Assembly: GCA_965261085.1 (NCBI GenBank)
Contig: OZ253442.1
Span: 3,040,001 to 3,104,000 of the forward strand
Length of the DNA: 64,000 nucleotides
From: a bacterium
GTDB taxonomy: Bacteria; UBA8248
Direction: 5' to 3'
Shown: positions 28,018-38,406 of the stretch, one piece after another
Layout of the letters: each line of letters begins with the position of its first letter
Numbering within the stretch: the stretch's first letter is position 1
Notes under the pieces: model-generated
What the model was told of the DNA's origin: nothing
Seen by the model: the letters and a program-made list of their open reading frames with translations, nothing else
Databases searched by the model: none
Program-made: the position numbers and the translations under genes

Positions 28018-29604
28018 ATGACCGAATCTTACGATGGATTGTTCGTCGGCGGCGGACACAACAGCCTGGTATGCGCCGCCTATCTGGCGAAAGCCGGGAA
28101 AAAAGTAGCCGTGCTGGAACGCTCCAGCATCGCCGGCGGGGGTTGCTCCACGCACGAAGTCACTCTGCCCGGCTTCAAGCACAACCTGCACTCGAACTAC
28201 TACGTGGGTCTGGACAGAAGCCCCATCCTGCGCGATCTGGAACTCCACGAATACGGTTTCAGCCTCATTTTTCCGGAGTTGCAACAGGGCTGCATCTTCA
28301 GCGACGGCACGGCGTTCGTCATCCACCGCGATGTGGAGAAGACCGTCAAGTCGATCGAGCGCATCAACAAAAACGACGCGAAGACCTACCGGGACCTCCA
28401 CGTCAAATTCACCGAGGGGATGCTCGACATCATCACCTCCTTCATGTACTGCGCCCCCCTGCCGCCCGAAGAGTTGAAAGACCGCTTCGCGGGGCCGCTG
28501 GGCCGTGAATTCCTGAGCTATGCGAATCTCAGCATGTACGAGGCGGTGGATCAGCATTTCGAGGACGACAGGATCCGCGTGCTGTTCAAGCTCTTCCTGG
28601 GCTCCTTCACGCTCGAAAACACACCTTCGACCGGCTTATTCTTTCCCAGAATCTTCTCGCGCATCGCGAACTTCGCGCTGCCCGTGGGCGGGTCGGTGAA
28701 CTTCACCCGCGCTCTCGAGCGCGTCGTCGAGCGCGGGGGCGGCAAGGTGCTCACGAACGCCGATGTGCGCGAGATCACCGTGGAAAGCGGGGACGCCACC
28801 GGCGTCATCCTCGAGGACGGAAGGCGTTTCGGGGCCACCGATTTCGTGGCGAGCGGAGTCAACTGGCCGCTCACGGTGCGCCTCGCCGGGGAGGATTACT
28901 TCGGCGGCAAGCTCGCCAAGGCGGCGCTCGAGTTCCAGTGGGCGAGCCACGGCCTCTGCACCATCCACCTGGCGCTCAAGGAAGCGCCCGACTTCAAGGC
29001 CGCGAAATTCGAGCCCGACATCAACAAGACGTTCAACATCTTCTGGGGCGCGGACTCGACCGAGGAAATTACCGACTGCTTCGAGAGGATTCACAACGGC
29101 GAACTGCCCCCGCTCATGGGCAACGGCGGAAGCAACAGCCACTTCGACCCGACCTACTCGCCCGATGGCACGCACGTGGGCTACTGGTGGCCCTTCGCGC
29201 CTTATGAACTCAAAGAAGGCGGGGCCGAGGCGTGGGACACGAAGCGCGAGGAATACACCGAGCACTTCATCAACTCCTGGACGCCCTATGCGCCCAACGT
29301 CAACCGCGACAACATCATGGGCAGCTATCTCTACACGCCGCTCGACATCGTGCGCATGAACCCGAACTTCGTCCGCGCCAGCCACCACGTGGGCGCATAC
29401 ATTCCCGAGCAGTTGGGCTACAACCGCCCGCATCCTGATGTGAGCGACTTCCGCACGCCGATCGGGAAACTCTACCTGTGCGGTTCGAGTTCGCACGTGG
29501 GCGGCGCGGTGACGGGAGCGCCCGGTTATAACTGCGCGAACGCAATCGCCGAGGATCTAGAGATCGACCGCTTCTGGGCGCCTGTGGAAGCCATGATGGC
29601 CTGA
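28018..29604 (+). CDS. FAD-dependent oxidoreductase, phytoene desaturase-like family
   Basis: GGGHN.LV.AAYLAKAG, GG...E.TLPGF.H, RTPI..LYLCGSS.H.GG.VTGAPG.N. Confidence 0.9.
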   Translation: MTESYDGLFVGGGHNSLVCAAYLAKAGKKVAVLERSSIAGGGCSTHEVTLPGFKHNLHSNYYVGLDRSPILRDLELHEYGFSLIFPELQQGCIFSDGTAFVIHRDVEKTVKSIERINKNDAKTYRDLHVKFTEGMLDIITSFMYCAPLPPEELKDRFAGPLGREFLSYANLSMYEAVDQHFEDDRIRVLFKLFLGSFTLENTPSTGLFFPRIFSRIANFALPVGGSVNFTRALERVVERGGGKVLTNADVREITVESGDATGVILEDGRRFGATDFVASGVNWPLTVRLAGEDYFGGKLAKAALEFQWASHGLCTIHLALKEAPDFKAAKFEPDINKTFNIFWGADSTEEITDCFERIHNGELPPLMGNGGSNSHFDPTYSPDGTHVGYWWPFAPYELKEGGAEAWDTKREEYTEHFINSWTPYAPNVNRDNIMGSYLYTPLDIVRMNPNFVRASHHVGAYIPEQLGYNRPHPDVSDFRTPIGKLYLCGSSSHVGGAVTGAPGYNCANAIAEDLEIDRFWAPVEAMMA

Positions 29605-29649
29605 AGATGAAGATTTGATTTTCGATTCACGAGGAAAGGACAAAATTTC

Positions 29650-30360
29650 ATGGAATTGATCGACCTCTCACAAACAGTGGCGGCGGGTGGATTCGAGCGT
29701 CCGTTCCACCCCAAGGTGGCGATTGAGCCGATGATGACGCACGAGGAGTCTTCTAAAAAATTTCTGGGGAAATTCTCCTTCGCCGCCATGAAGCTCACGC
29801 TCTCAGACCACACCGGAAGCCACGTGGACGCCCTGAACCACTACGTGCCCGGAGACGCGCCTTCCATCGACCAGTTGCCGCTCGATCGCTTCTATTCGAG
29901 CGCGATCTGCGTGGACTTCTCGGACATAGCGCCCAAAACCTACATCGAAACGGCGGACATCGAGCGCGAACTCGAGAAGCACGGACTCTCCATCGAGGAG
30001 GGCGACGCCTTTTTGTACTACACGGGCCATTTTGAGAAGTGCTTCCAGAATCCCGACCCCGATGTATGGTGGAAAGAATTCGCGGGCCTGAGCCGGCCCG
30101 CCACCGAGTATCTCGCCGATCACGGGGTTCGCAACATCGGCTGTGAGGCGTTTACGATAGAAAACCCCACGCAGATGTTCCCCGAATCGGAAGAGCCCTA
30201 CCCCTCCCATCAGGTGTGCAAGGAGCGGGGGATGCTCAACACGGAGAATCTGGTGATTCCCAAACGCCTGGTGGGCAAGCGCTTCACATTCCTGTGCCTG
30301 CCCATCAAGCTGAAAGACGCCACCGGCTCGCCGGTACGCGCCGTGGCGGTGCTGGACTGA
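29650..30360 (+). CDS. Cyclase / kynurenine formamidase-like metal hydrolase
   Basis: IDLS, HTGSHVDA..H, ENL, GSPVRAVA. Confidence 0.88.
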   Translation: MELIDLSQTVAAGGFERPFHPKVAIEPMMTHEESSKKFLGKFSFAAMKLTLSDHTGSHVDALNHYVPGDAPSIDQLPLDRFYSSAICVDFSDIAPKTYIETADIERELEKHGLSIEEGDAFLYYTGHFEKCFQNPDPDVWWKEFAGLSRPATEYLADHGVRNIGCEAFTIENPTQMFPESEEPYPSHQVCKERGMLNTENLVIPKRLVGKRFTFLCLPIKLKDATGSPVRAVAVLD

Positions 30361-30361
30361 T

Positions 30362-31252
30362 CTAGAGGCCGAAGCCGAAGAGCGCGTTCGCGTTGCCGAA
30401 GGCGGCTTTTTCGATCTCCGCCTCGGCGATGCCCCCCCGGCGCATGGCGCGAATCGCCCGGGGGATGCAGTAGAGGTCGTTCGACGTGTAGGGGATGAGG
30501 TCCGAGTTGAGCATCATGCGCTCGGCGCCATGACGCCTCACCCACTCCACGACGGCGGCAGGGGGAATAGGACGAAGCCGGCTGCCAAGGCTCGTCGCGC
30601 ACCATGCGCCCGTTTGTTCGTGCACGAAATCCACAATCGTCGCATCCACGTGATCGACCACGAGCAGCGCGTGGTCCAACCCTGCGGCATCGATGACTTC
30701 CATATCCATCTTCAGATAATGAAGCCTGAATTCCTCGGGAGAGATCGAGCCTTGCGTGTCCACGCCGCCCAGGAATTCCTTTGGGTTCTTGTACGTGGGC
30801 GTGTGAAGAATCAGGGGCATCTTAAACTCCGCCGCGATACGCGCCTGCGCTTCCAGGCATCTGGCCTGATCTTCCAAGTCCCAGGAAAAACCAAAGTACT
30901 GGCCAGGGTCCAGACCCACCTCGCCCAGGGCGGCCACACGCTCGTTCTCCAGATAGCCGGGAAGCGCGTCAATGAGCCTCTCCCAGCCATCCACCCGCGT
31001 CATCGAGCTGACGCCTACGGCGCACATGGCCCGTATATGGTGTTTGGCCTCAGCGGCTTCGGCCATCCTGAGTGGGCTCTCCCAAAGCCTCCGCACGTCT
31101 TCTGGTCCAGGCGCGCGCCTCCATATCTCGCGGTGCACGTGGGGGTTTCCACACGAGAGAACGGAACCCGCCATCCCGCACATGCCCTGGAGTTCCCAGT
31201 CGTCAAAACTGAATCCATGCAGGTGATTATGGCTGTCGATGAACCTGTCCAT
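30362..31252 (-). CDS. TatD-like amidohydrolase
   Basis: DSHNH, GEVGLD, ILHTP, VDH, LNSD. Confidence 0.8.
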   Translation of the reverse strand: MDRFIDSHNHLHGFSFDDWELQGMCGMAGSVLSCGNPHVHREIWRRAPGPEDVRRLWESPLRMAEAAEAKHHIRAMCAVGVSSMTRVDGWERLIDALPGYLENERVAALGEVGLDPGQYFGFSWDLEDQARCLEAQARIAAEFKMPLILHTPTYKNPKEFLGGVDTQGSISPEEFRLHYLKMDMEVIDAAGLDHALLVVDHVDATIVDFVHEQTGAWCATSLGSRLRPIPPAAVVEWVRRHGAERMMLNSDLIPYTSNDLYCIPRAIRAMRRGGIAEAEIEKAAFGNANALFGFGL

Positions 31253-31253
31253 T

Positions 31254-32045
31254 CTAAGCCTCGGATTTTCTCGCCAGAAACACGTAGCGGCTCAAGCTGA
31301 AAAAATACTCCCCGCGCTCGCCCAGCGCCATCAAATCCTCCGCCCAGGCCTTGGCCTCTTCTTTCGGCACGCCGCCCTTGCGGATGACGAACGGCACGAT
31401 GACGCTCACCATGCCGTGGCTGTAGTTCTCCGCAGGATACTCCGTATTGAGAAGAGGCAAAACCCTTACGTCTGTGATCTCAAAACCCGCGCCGTGCAAC
31501 AGGGGCGATAGTCTTCTCGGCAGATGAGGGTCCGCCAGATGCGCGTCCCACGCGGTGAATATCCGCTTCGCCCGTGCGGCGTCCTCCGCGTTCCACACGA
31601 GCGAACCCCAATCCGTATCCATGATGAGGGCGCGTCCGCCAGGCTTGAGCACGCGGAAGAGCTCCGCCAGGGCGGCCTCCATGTCGGTGACGTACTCATA
31701 GACTTGCGAGATGATGGCCGCATCGAAACCGCCATCCTCAAAAGGCAAACTCAGCGCGTCGGCCTCCCGGAACGACACGTGCGGCTGCGATTCGCACCGC
31801 GCCTCGGCGAGGGTAAGCATGGGCGCGCTTTTATCCACGCCGACAACAACTCCAGCTTCCCCCACTATCCGTGCGGCTTCCAGCGTCATGAAGCCGGGGC
31901 CTGCGCCCAAATCGAGCACGCGCTCACCCGGCCGGGGAGCAACCATCTCCAGAAGGGCCTTACGCTGCGCGACCACGTCCGCCGTCGTGTAGACGGCCTC
32001 CACGCGCCGGGCCGCTTTCTCATCGAAACCTGGGGGCTGACTCAT
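31254..32045 (-). CDS. Class I SAM-dependent methyltransferase (UbiE-like)
   Basis: VLDLGAGPG, GVD.S, DA..LPF, RVLKPGGR, DTDW; start placed at ATG 32045. Confidence 0.88.
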   Translation of the reverse strand: MSQPPGFDEKAARRVEAVYTTADVVAQRKALLEMVAPRPGERVLDLGAGPGFMTLEAARIVGEAGVVVGVDKSAPMLTLAEARCESQPHVSFREADALSLPFEDGGFDAAIISQVYEYVTDMEAALAELFRVLKPGGRALIMDTDWGSLVWNAEDAARAKRIFTAWDAHLADPHLPRRLSPLLHGAGFEITDVRVLPLLNTEYPAENYSHGMVSVIVPFVIRKGGVPKEEAKAWAEDLMALGERGEYFFSLSRYVFLARKSEA

Positions 32046-32328
32046 GCGCCGCTTTCTCTCATACTCACAGATGACGTGACCGAAAGGCCAAGTGTCCTCG
32101 TCCGCACCGGAGCAAGTCAAGCGCTTTGGGAGTCTTTCCTTATGCGGTAATTGCCTCATCACACGGCGTCTCGCGTGAGAAATCCTAGAAAATCAACGCC
32201 GCTAATCGGGCCGATCTCTCTCGCCTTTTCTCCCGTATGAGCCTCCGAGGCATTGACGCGCGTTTTCACCAGAACCTATAAGCCTAGTGAAAGTATTTTT
32301 CGCATCCTCCGTCATCAGTGGAAGTCTC

Positions 32329-33525
32329 ATGGCCCCATCGAAGATATTCAACGTTTTTGCGATTGCGGGCAGCCACGCCATCAACGCCTTCTACACCCAG
32401 CTTCTCATACCCGTACTCCCGCTCATCGTCGCGGAATTTGAGCTCAACTACGTGCAGGCGGGCCTCATCGTGACGACCTACTCGGCGGCGAACAGCGTCT
32501 TTCAGTTCCCGCTTTCGTTCATATCGGACTACACCCGCCGCTGGCGGACAGTGCTGTCCCTCTCACTCTTGACCCAGGCGCTGCCCGTTCTGTTATACGG
32601 CTACGCGGCGAGCTATTCCCTGCTGCTCTTGTTCGTCTTCATCGGCGGCATCGGGAGCGCGGCCTATCATCCGCCGGCCGTCGCGCTGATCACGCGCGAA
32701 CTACCCGGGAGGCGCGGGTTCTGCACGGGCCTGTTCAACGGCGGGGGCGAGATGGGAAACATCATATCGCCCGCCATCGTCGGCTGGCTCGCCGTCTATC
32801 TCGCGAGTTGGCGCATGGCGGCGCAGTTCTACGTCATACCCGGCGTCATATGGGCGGCGCTCATCTGGTTTCGCTTTCAGGACCAGATGGGAGAGCGCCT
32901 GCCCTTTCGCCAGGCGGCGAGGTCCACTTTCGGCGCCTTGTTCGGCAACAAGCCCTTGATGCTGCTCATCGCCCTCTCCTCGTTCCGTATCATGGGCTTT
33001 CGCGGCTTCATGGCCTTTTTGCCGCTTCTTCTGGCGGAGCAGTTCGGCTTCGACACCAAGGGGGTGGGCTGGCTGCTCAGCGCCTATTTTCTCATAGGTT
33101 CGACCATGTCCATCCTCATCGGCAGGTGGTCGGACAACACGGGCAGGACCAGGCTCATCGTCGTGCTCACCTTCATGTGCGCCATCGCCATGGCCTCCCT
33201 CACATGGGTCTCAAGCCTCACGACGCTGTTGCTCGCGCTTTTCGCCGTCGCCTGCATCCTCACGCCGGTGCCCAGCCTGGTGCTGGCAATCGGCACGGAA
33301 CTGGTGGACGAGCGGGTGCGCTCGAGCTCGGTGGGAATGATCTATGGCTTCAACGAGGGCGCAAGCGCCCTTTCTCCCCTCATCGGCGGCCTCGTGGCCG
33401 AAGCGATGGGGCTCCAAATGGCGTTCACCTTCTACGCCTCGATGTTCATGGTCGGCGGGTGTATCGCCGTCTTCCTGCATAGGCAAAGCGTCTTTCAACC
33501 CCAGGCGCACAGAGGCGGAGCATGA
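32329..33525 (+). CDS. MFS transporter (Fsr-like)
   Basis: About 12 hydrophobic segments, AAYHP, GRWSD..GR; possible promoter TTGACG-N18-TATAAG at 32253-32282. Confidence 0.88.
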   Translation: MAPSKIFNVFAIAGSHAINAFYTQLLIPVLPLIVAEFELNYVQAGLIVTTYSAANSVFQFPLSFISDYTRRWRTVLSLSLLTQALPVLLYGYAASYSLLLLFVFIGGIGSAAYHPPAVALITRELPGRRGFCTGLFNGGGEMGNIISPAIVGWLAVYLASWRMAAQFYVIPGVIWAALIWFRFQDQMGERLPFRQAARSTFGALFGNKPLMLLIALSSFRIMGFRGFMAFLPLLLAEQFGFDTKGVGWLLSAYFLIGSTMSILIGRWSDNTGRTRLIVVLTFMCAIAMASLTWVSSLTTLLLALFAVACILTPVPSLVLAIGTELVDERVRSSSVGMIYGFNEGASALSPLIGGLVAEAMGLQMAFTFYASMFMVGGCIAVFLHRQSVFQPQAHRGGA

Positions 33526-34721
33526 GCGGGGCGGGAGAGATCGACGCAAGATCAGGTTCGGTTGCATCGCCACAGGATATCCCCTGGGGTGCGCTCGCCA
33601 TCTTGTTCGCCGCCCACTTCGTGGTGGACGGCACGGTGAATTTCATCGCGCCGCTCCTGCCGCTGATCCGCGAGAAATATCAGGTCTCACTCTCCACGGG
33701 CGGACTGCTCCTCACGTTCGTCTCGATGAGCGCGGCGCTCTCACAACCCGTGACGGCGATTCTGGTGGACCGCTGGCCGGGCCTCCCCTGGCTCGCCGTG
33801 GGGATGGTGGGCAGCGCGCTATTCATCACCTCCATCGGTTGGGCGCCCAATTTCACGGTGCTCACAGTAATGGTCGCCATCGGCGGTTCGATGGTCGGCC
33901 TGTGCCATCCGGACATGGCATCGCGCGCAGGCGCGCTGACGGAACGGCGCAAGGGGTTGGTCGTAAGCGTTTTCATCGCGGGAGGGCGCGTGGGCCACGG
34001 GCTTGGACCCATCATCGCCATCGGCATCGTCTCGCTCGGGGGCATGAAATGGCTCTGGGCGTTCACTCTCGTCGCCGTCGCGATGGCCCTGGCGGTGAAA
34101 TTCGGACTGCCGGAGCCCAAATCGCCCCCCACGAGCGGCGGGAAAGCCTCGATATGGAATTTTGTAAAGGCGCTGCGCTCAGCGGGTACGCCACTTCTTC
34201 TCCTATCGGGCGTCACGATTTGCCGCGCCATCGTGAACATCAATTTCATCAGCCTTCTTCCCTCGCTTTACGCCGAGCGGGGCATGAGCATCTGGAGCGG
34301 GGGGGTGGCCAGCGCCATCATGCTGATCTCGGGCGCGCTGGGCGTCATGGCGGGCGGCGCTTTGGGAGATCGTCTCGGGAAAAAAAACATGATCGTCATC
34401 GGCATCGGGCTCGGGGCTTTCTTCGTCTCCGCCTTTTTGATGGCGCCGCCCGAATGGAGCTTCCCCCTGCTGGCTTTACTGGGTTTCGCCACCTATCTCC
34501 CGATGGGGGTGACGATGGCCTTCGCCCAGCAACTGATGCCCCACAACCGGGGTCTGGCCAGCTCCATCACGCTCGGCCTCTCGTGGTTCATCGCGAGTTT
34601 TTCGGTCTATCCGATGTCCGTTCTCGGCGAGTGGGTCGGGCTGGCCAGCGCCTTCTGGGCCCTGCCCGGCTTTTTCATCGCCGCCAGCGCGTTCGCGCTC
34701 TTTCTGCCGAAAGTCCGGTAA
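33522..34721 (+). CDS. MFS transporter (Fsr-like)
   Basis: About 12 hydrophobic segments, HP, GG.LGDRLG; ATGA overlap with the previous gene. Confidence 0.88.
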   Translation: MSGAGEIDARSGSVASPQDIPWGALAILFAAHFVVDGTVNFIAPLLPLIREKYQVSLSTGGLLLTFVSMSAALSQPVTAILVDRWPGLPWLAVGMVGSALFITSIGWAPNFTVLTVMVAIGGSMVGLCHPDMASRAGALTERRKGLVVSVFIAGGRVGHGLGPIIAIGIVSLGGMKWLWAFTLVAVAMALAVKFGLPEPKSPPTSGGKASIWNFVKALRSAGTPLLLLSGVTICRAIVNINFISLLPSLYAERGMSIWSGGVASAIMLISGALGVMAGGALGDRLGKKNMIVIGIGLGAFFVSAFLMAPPEWSFPLLALLGFATYLPMGVTMAFAQQLMPHNRGLASSITLGLSWFIASFSVYPMSVLGEWVGLASAFWALPGFFIAASAFALFLPKVR

Positions 34722-34736
34722 CACCCATGCGCGCAT

Positions 34737-34771
34737 AAAAAAAAGACAGCCCGAAACGAGCCGCCTTTTTT
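34737..34771 (-). terminator. Intrinsic terminator (possibly bidirectional)
   Basis: Minus strand GGCGGCTCG-TTT-CGGGCTGTC followed by T8. Confidence 0.65.
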
Positions 34772-34784
34772 CGTTTTACTTCGC

Positions 34785-35423
34785 TTAGGCCGTGACGGCC
34801 TGCTCGGCGAGCAACTCATCGAGCACCCGATCGATTCTCGGCTGCTCCGTCCAACTCGCCTTGTAGGCGATATTCCCGTCCTTGTCGATGACGAAGACCA
34901 TGTTCGGCATGCGCCCGTAGGCGTTCACTACCGCTTCATCGACATCATCCACCAGAACGGGGATTTTCATGCCGAATTCCGCCACCAACTCTTTCGCGTA
35001 ATCCATCTTGTGCTCGAAGGAGGTGTGCTGGGTGTATTTTTTGAAGTACTTGCGCTCCTGCGCGTGCGGTTCCTTGGAATAGACGACGAAGAACTCGACG
35101 TCCTTGTCCTTATAGCGCTCATGCAACTCGTCCATACCCGGCACCTGCCGGCGGAAGGGAGGTCACGTAATGGCGCCGAATTCGAGGACGATGTTCTTCT
35201 CCCCGCGAAAATCCGCCAAATCCACGGTTTCGCCCGTCGTGCTTTGGAGCTTCACCGGAGGCGCAGGCCGGCCGGGTTTCAACTGATCCTCAAACGCCTT
35301 GTGGCGAACCTTTCTGAATCCGCTCATCTCACGCTTGATCATCAAAAACGGATCCAGATACCACATGCTCCACAAGCCCCCCAGAGGACCCGGCGGCCTG
35401 TCGATAAAGTCTTCTTTCCGCAT
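34785..35423 (-). CDS. Iodothyronine deiodinase-like thioredoxin-fold selenoprotein (UGA at 35163-35165 read as Sec)
   Basis: Two in-frame ORFs join across TGA to give VLEFGAIT-U-PPFRRQ...FFVVYSKEPH; hairpin 11 nt after UGA; GGAGG RBS. Confidence 0.85.
35138..35151 (-). promoter_or_regulatory. Bacterial SECIS-like stem-loop
   Basis: CCGGC-AGGU-GCCGG starting exactly 11 nt 3' of the UGA. Confidence 0.65.
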
Positions 35424-35534
35424 CTAGCAACCTCCTATAGAACGATGAATGGCGATGAAAAAATCAGTGTATTTCCTTTCCGGGTTTTTGTCGATTCGTC
35501 GGCTGAGACGGCCTCTCCGAGACAATACCAGGTG

Positions 35535-36308
35535 CTAGGATGAGCTTGGACCCCTTTCGAACACGCTCCAGTAGACGTCCATCACCCTTCTGAATCCCAC
35601 GCTTTCGAACACGCGCTCGGACGCCTCGTTTCCCGCCACGATGTAGCAATAGGCCGCACGTCCTCTGGCGAATTGCGCCTCGACGAGGGCGGACACCACC
35701 ACGCGCGCAAGGCCCTGGCCGCGGAAGCGCTCCATCGTGTGCAGCATGCCGAGCGAACCGTTCGCATGTACAACAATGTATGAAGCTAGTTCGCCCCCGA
35801 CCCGTATCGCCGCAGTGGACCCGTTCTGAATTCTCGACAGGCTATACGCCTCTCCTTCCTCGTAGGGTGAATTCTCGGCCAGTATCTTCGCGTCCTCGCT
35901 TTTGAGACTTTCGATGCGATGCGTGCTGAACATGGGCCTGAAATCTTCTTTCTCAAGAACGAACATGCCCACGGGCGAGCCCCGGATGAGTTTTCTTCGC
36001 TGCGCCACCGCCTCCTGAATTTCGAGAGGGGTGGAGGAGAGCTTGAGATAGCCCTCACTCCGCTCCATCTGGGCGGAGAGGCGTTCCATCTCTTCGAGTC
36101 TGGTGAGAATCGCCTCAGGCCGCCCCAGCGGCGTGAGCCAGCCGCGCCCGGCGTTCACCGCCATCCGTGGCGCGGCGAGATCATCCACCCAGAGGGAGAC
36201 GGCCTCTCCCCCCTCGGCGATGGCCTCTGCAAAGCGCACCCGAAGCGGCCCCTGCTCGTTTAAGAATTTTTCAAAAGATTCGCTGCCGGGGTTCTCCAAT
36301 CGAAACAA
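35535..36308 (-). CDS. GNAT family acetyltransferase
   Basis: LHT...FRGQGLA, N.AS...F...GF. Confidence 0.85.
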   Translation of the reverse strand: MFRLENPGSESFEKFLNEQGPLRVRFAEAIAEGGEAVSLWVDDLAAPRMAVNAGRGWLTPLGRPEAILTRLEEMERLSAQMERSEGYLKLSSTPLEIQEAVAQRRKLIRGSPVGMFVLEKEDFRPMFSTHRIESLKSEDAKILAENSPYEEGEAYSLSRIQNGSTAAIRVGGELASYIVVHANGSLGMLHTMERFRGQGLARVVVSALVEAQFARGRAAYCYIVAGNEASERVFESVGFRRVMDVYWSVFERGPSSS

Positions 36309-36428
36309 TTTTCGCTACACTCCCATGCGGATGAAAAAACGCCGTCCTTTCGGAGAAGTGATTATACCCGCTCATCTTCGCGAATGCAGAGACGGGGAAA
36401 CTAAAAACAAAGCGCATCAGGAGAGAAA

Positions 36429-37502
36429 ATGAAGAATTACCGGATCATCACCATCCCGGGAGACGGAATCGGCCCCGAACTCATGGAATCCACCACCGCC
36501 GTCCTCGAAGCCGTGCAGCACGCGGATGAGACTTTAACCCTGAACCTCGAAGAACACGAAGCGGGCGCCGCCCGGTACGCCAAGTACGGAAAACGCATCA
36601 GCGATGAAACCATACAGGCGTGCCGCGAGGCGGACGGCGTCCTCAAAGCGCCGGTCGGGAATCCGGCCGTCCGCACGCCGGAGGGCACCGAGGCGGGGCT
36701 TCTGGGAGGAGTTCTGAGAACGGGGCTCGACCTGTTCGCCAACATGCGGCCCGTGAAACTCTACCCGGGCATCCGGAGTCCCCTGGCGGGCTATGCGCCC
36801 GGCGGCATCGATTACGTCGTGGTCCGCGAGAACACCGAGGGACTCTACGCCTCGCGCGACAAGGGAGTCGGCGGCCCCAACGCCGTGGCCGACACCATGA
36901 TCATCACCCGCCCGGGAGTGGAGCGCGTCGTGAGGTTCGCCTTCGAGCTCTCGCGCAAAAGAGGCGGCGCGCCCGAAGACGGCGTCCGGCGCGTCACCTG
37001 CGTGGACAAAAGCAACGTGCTTCGCTCCATGGCCCTGTTCCGCGAGGTATTTTTTGAAGTTGCAGCCGAGTATCCCGACATCGAGGCGGAAGCGGTGTAT
37101 TCGGACGCCTGCGCCAACCATCTCATCATTCGCCCGGCGCACTACGACGTACTGGTGATGGAGAACATGCTGGGAGATTTACTCAGCGACTTAGGGGGAG
37201 CCACGGCCGGCGGCCTCGGCATGTGCCCCTCGGGGAACATCGGGGAGAAATTCGCCTTTTTCGAGGCGGTTCACGGCTCGGCGCCCGACATCGCCGGAAA
37301 AGGCATCGCCAATCCCTTGAGCCTCGTTCTCTCCGCCGCCCTCATGCTCGCCCACATCGGGGAGAGCGAAGCCGCGAACCAGATAGAAACCAGCGTGTGG
37401 GAAGCGCTCGAGGCTGGGGAGATACGAATCGACGGCAAGGGACGCGCCGTCGACGGCTCACAGGCCATCACCGACGCGGTGTGCGCCCGCGTGAGGGCAT
37501 AA
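36429..37502 (+). CDS. Isocitrate/isopropylmalate/tartrate dehydrogenase family protein
   Basis: IPGDGIGPE, VRENTEGLY, DKSNVL, N..GD.LSD, FEAVHGSAPDIAGKGIANP. Confidence 0.92.
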   Translation: MKNYRIITIPGDGIGPELMESTTAVLEAVQHADETLTLNLEEHEAGAARYAKYGKRISDETIQACREADGVLKAPVGNPAVRTPEGTEAGLLGGVLRTGLDLFANMRPVKLYPGIRSPLAGYAPGGIDYVVVRENTEGLYASRDKGVGGPNAVADTMIITRPGVERVVRFAFELSRKRGGAPEDGVRRVTCVDKSNVLRSMALFREVFFEVAAEYPDIEAEAVYSDACANHLIIRPAHYDVLVMENMLGDLLSDLGGATAGGLGMCPSGNIGEKFAFFEAVHGSAPDIAGKGIANPLSLVLSAALMLAHIGESEAANQIETSVWEALEAGEIRIDGKGRAVDGSQAITDAVCARVRA

Positions 37503-37504
37503 GT

Positions 37505-38191
37505 CTAGGAAAATCGCTCGCGCAAAAGGGTCCACACGGCGATAAAACCGTCTCGCCAGGTGATCTTCTTTCCCTCGGCGTAGGTGCGGCCATAGTAGGA
37601 AATCGGAACCTCGTAGATGCGCCACTTTGCGGGCTTCAGGATTTTCGCGGTGAACTCCGGCTCGAAGTCAAATCCTTTGGCCCGGATTTGGATGTCCTTC
37701 ACCACCTCGCGCCGGAACATCTTGTAGCAGGTTTCCATGTCGGTGAGCGTGCAGTTGAACAACATGTTGGCCAAAGTGGTCAGCATGTGGTTCCCCACTT
37801 TGTGCCAGAACATGTGCACGCGCTGGGGTTTGCCGCCAAAGCGCGTGCCGTAGACCACGTCGGCCACCCCCTGGCGGATGGGGTCGTAGAGATCGGCGTA
37901 TTCGGCGGGGTCGTATTCCAGGTCCGCATCCTGAACGACGATCACGTCCCCGCTCGCCGCTGCGAAGCCATCGCACAGAGCGGCTCCCTTACCCTCGTTT
38001 TTCTCCCGGTAAATGACGCGCGCACCGTCTTTTTCGATTTCAGCCAGGATCTCCCGGGTGCCGTCCGTGCTGCCGTCATCGACGATGAGGAGTTCGATGT
38101 TCATCGGCACCGCCTGGACTCTGGCGACGATTTCGCGAATCGTGTCCCGCTCGTTGTAGCACGGCATCACCACGCTCAGTAAATCGGGCAT
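37505..38191 (-). CDS. GT2 glycosyltransferase (polyprenol-phosphate glycosyltransferase-like)
   Basis: SVVMPCYNE, VDDGSTDGT, QDADLEYDP, TDMETCYK, EGKKITWRDG. Confidence 0.92.
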   Translation of the reverse strand: MPDLLSVVMPCYNERDTIREIVARVQAVPMNIELLIVDDGSTDGTREILAEIEKDGARVIYREKNEGKGAALCDGFAAASGDVIVVQDADLEYDPAEYADLYDPIRQGVADVVYGTRFGGKPQRVHMFWHKVGNHMLTTLANMLFNCTLTDMETCYKMFRREVVKDIQIRAKGFDFEPEFTAKILKPAKWRIYEVPISYYGRTYAEGKKITWRDGFIAVWTLLRERFS

Positions 38192-38406
38192 CTGGTCTTC
38201 ATCGTTCACGACAGTTCTCCCCATCTGAGGGTCGAGCACTCCATGAAATCTACGCGGGTATCGCGCGAAAGACTACATGCTCCCCCCCCTACGGTCAATT
38301 TATTTTTCAGGACCAGCGGCTCTCCGGCTTGGCAAGTTCTCCCCTGCGTGAGAATATTCGCCCCCAAGTGTTTTTTCGAAAATTATCCCGGCGCCAGGAT
38401 TACGAA

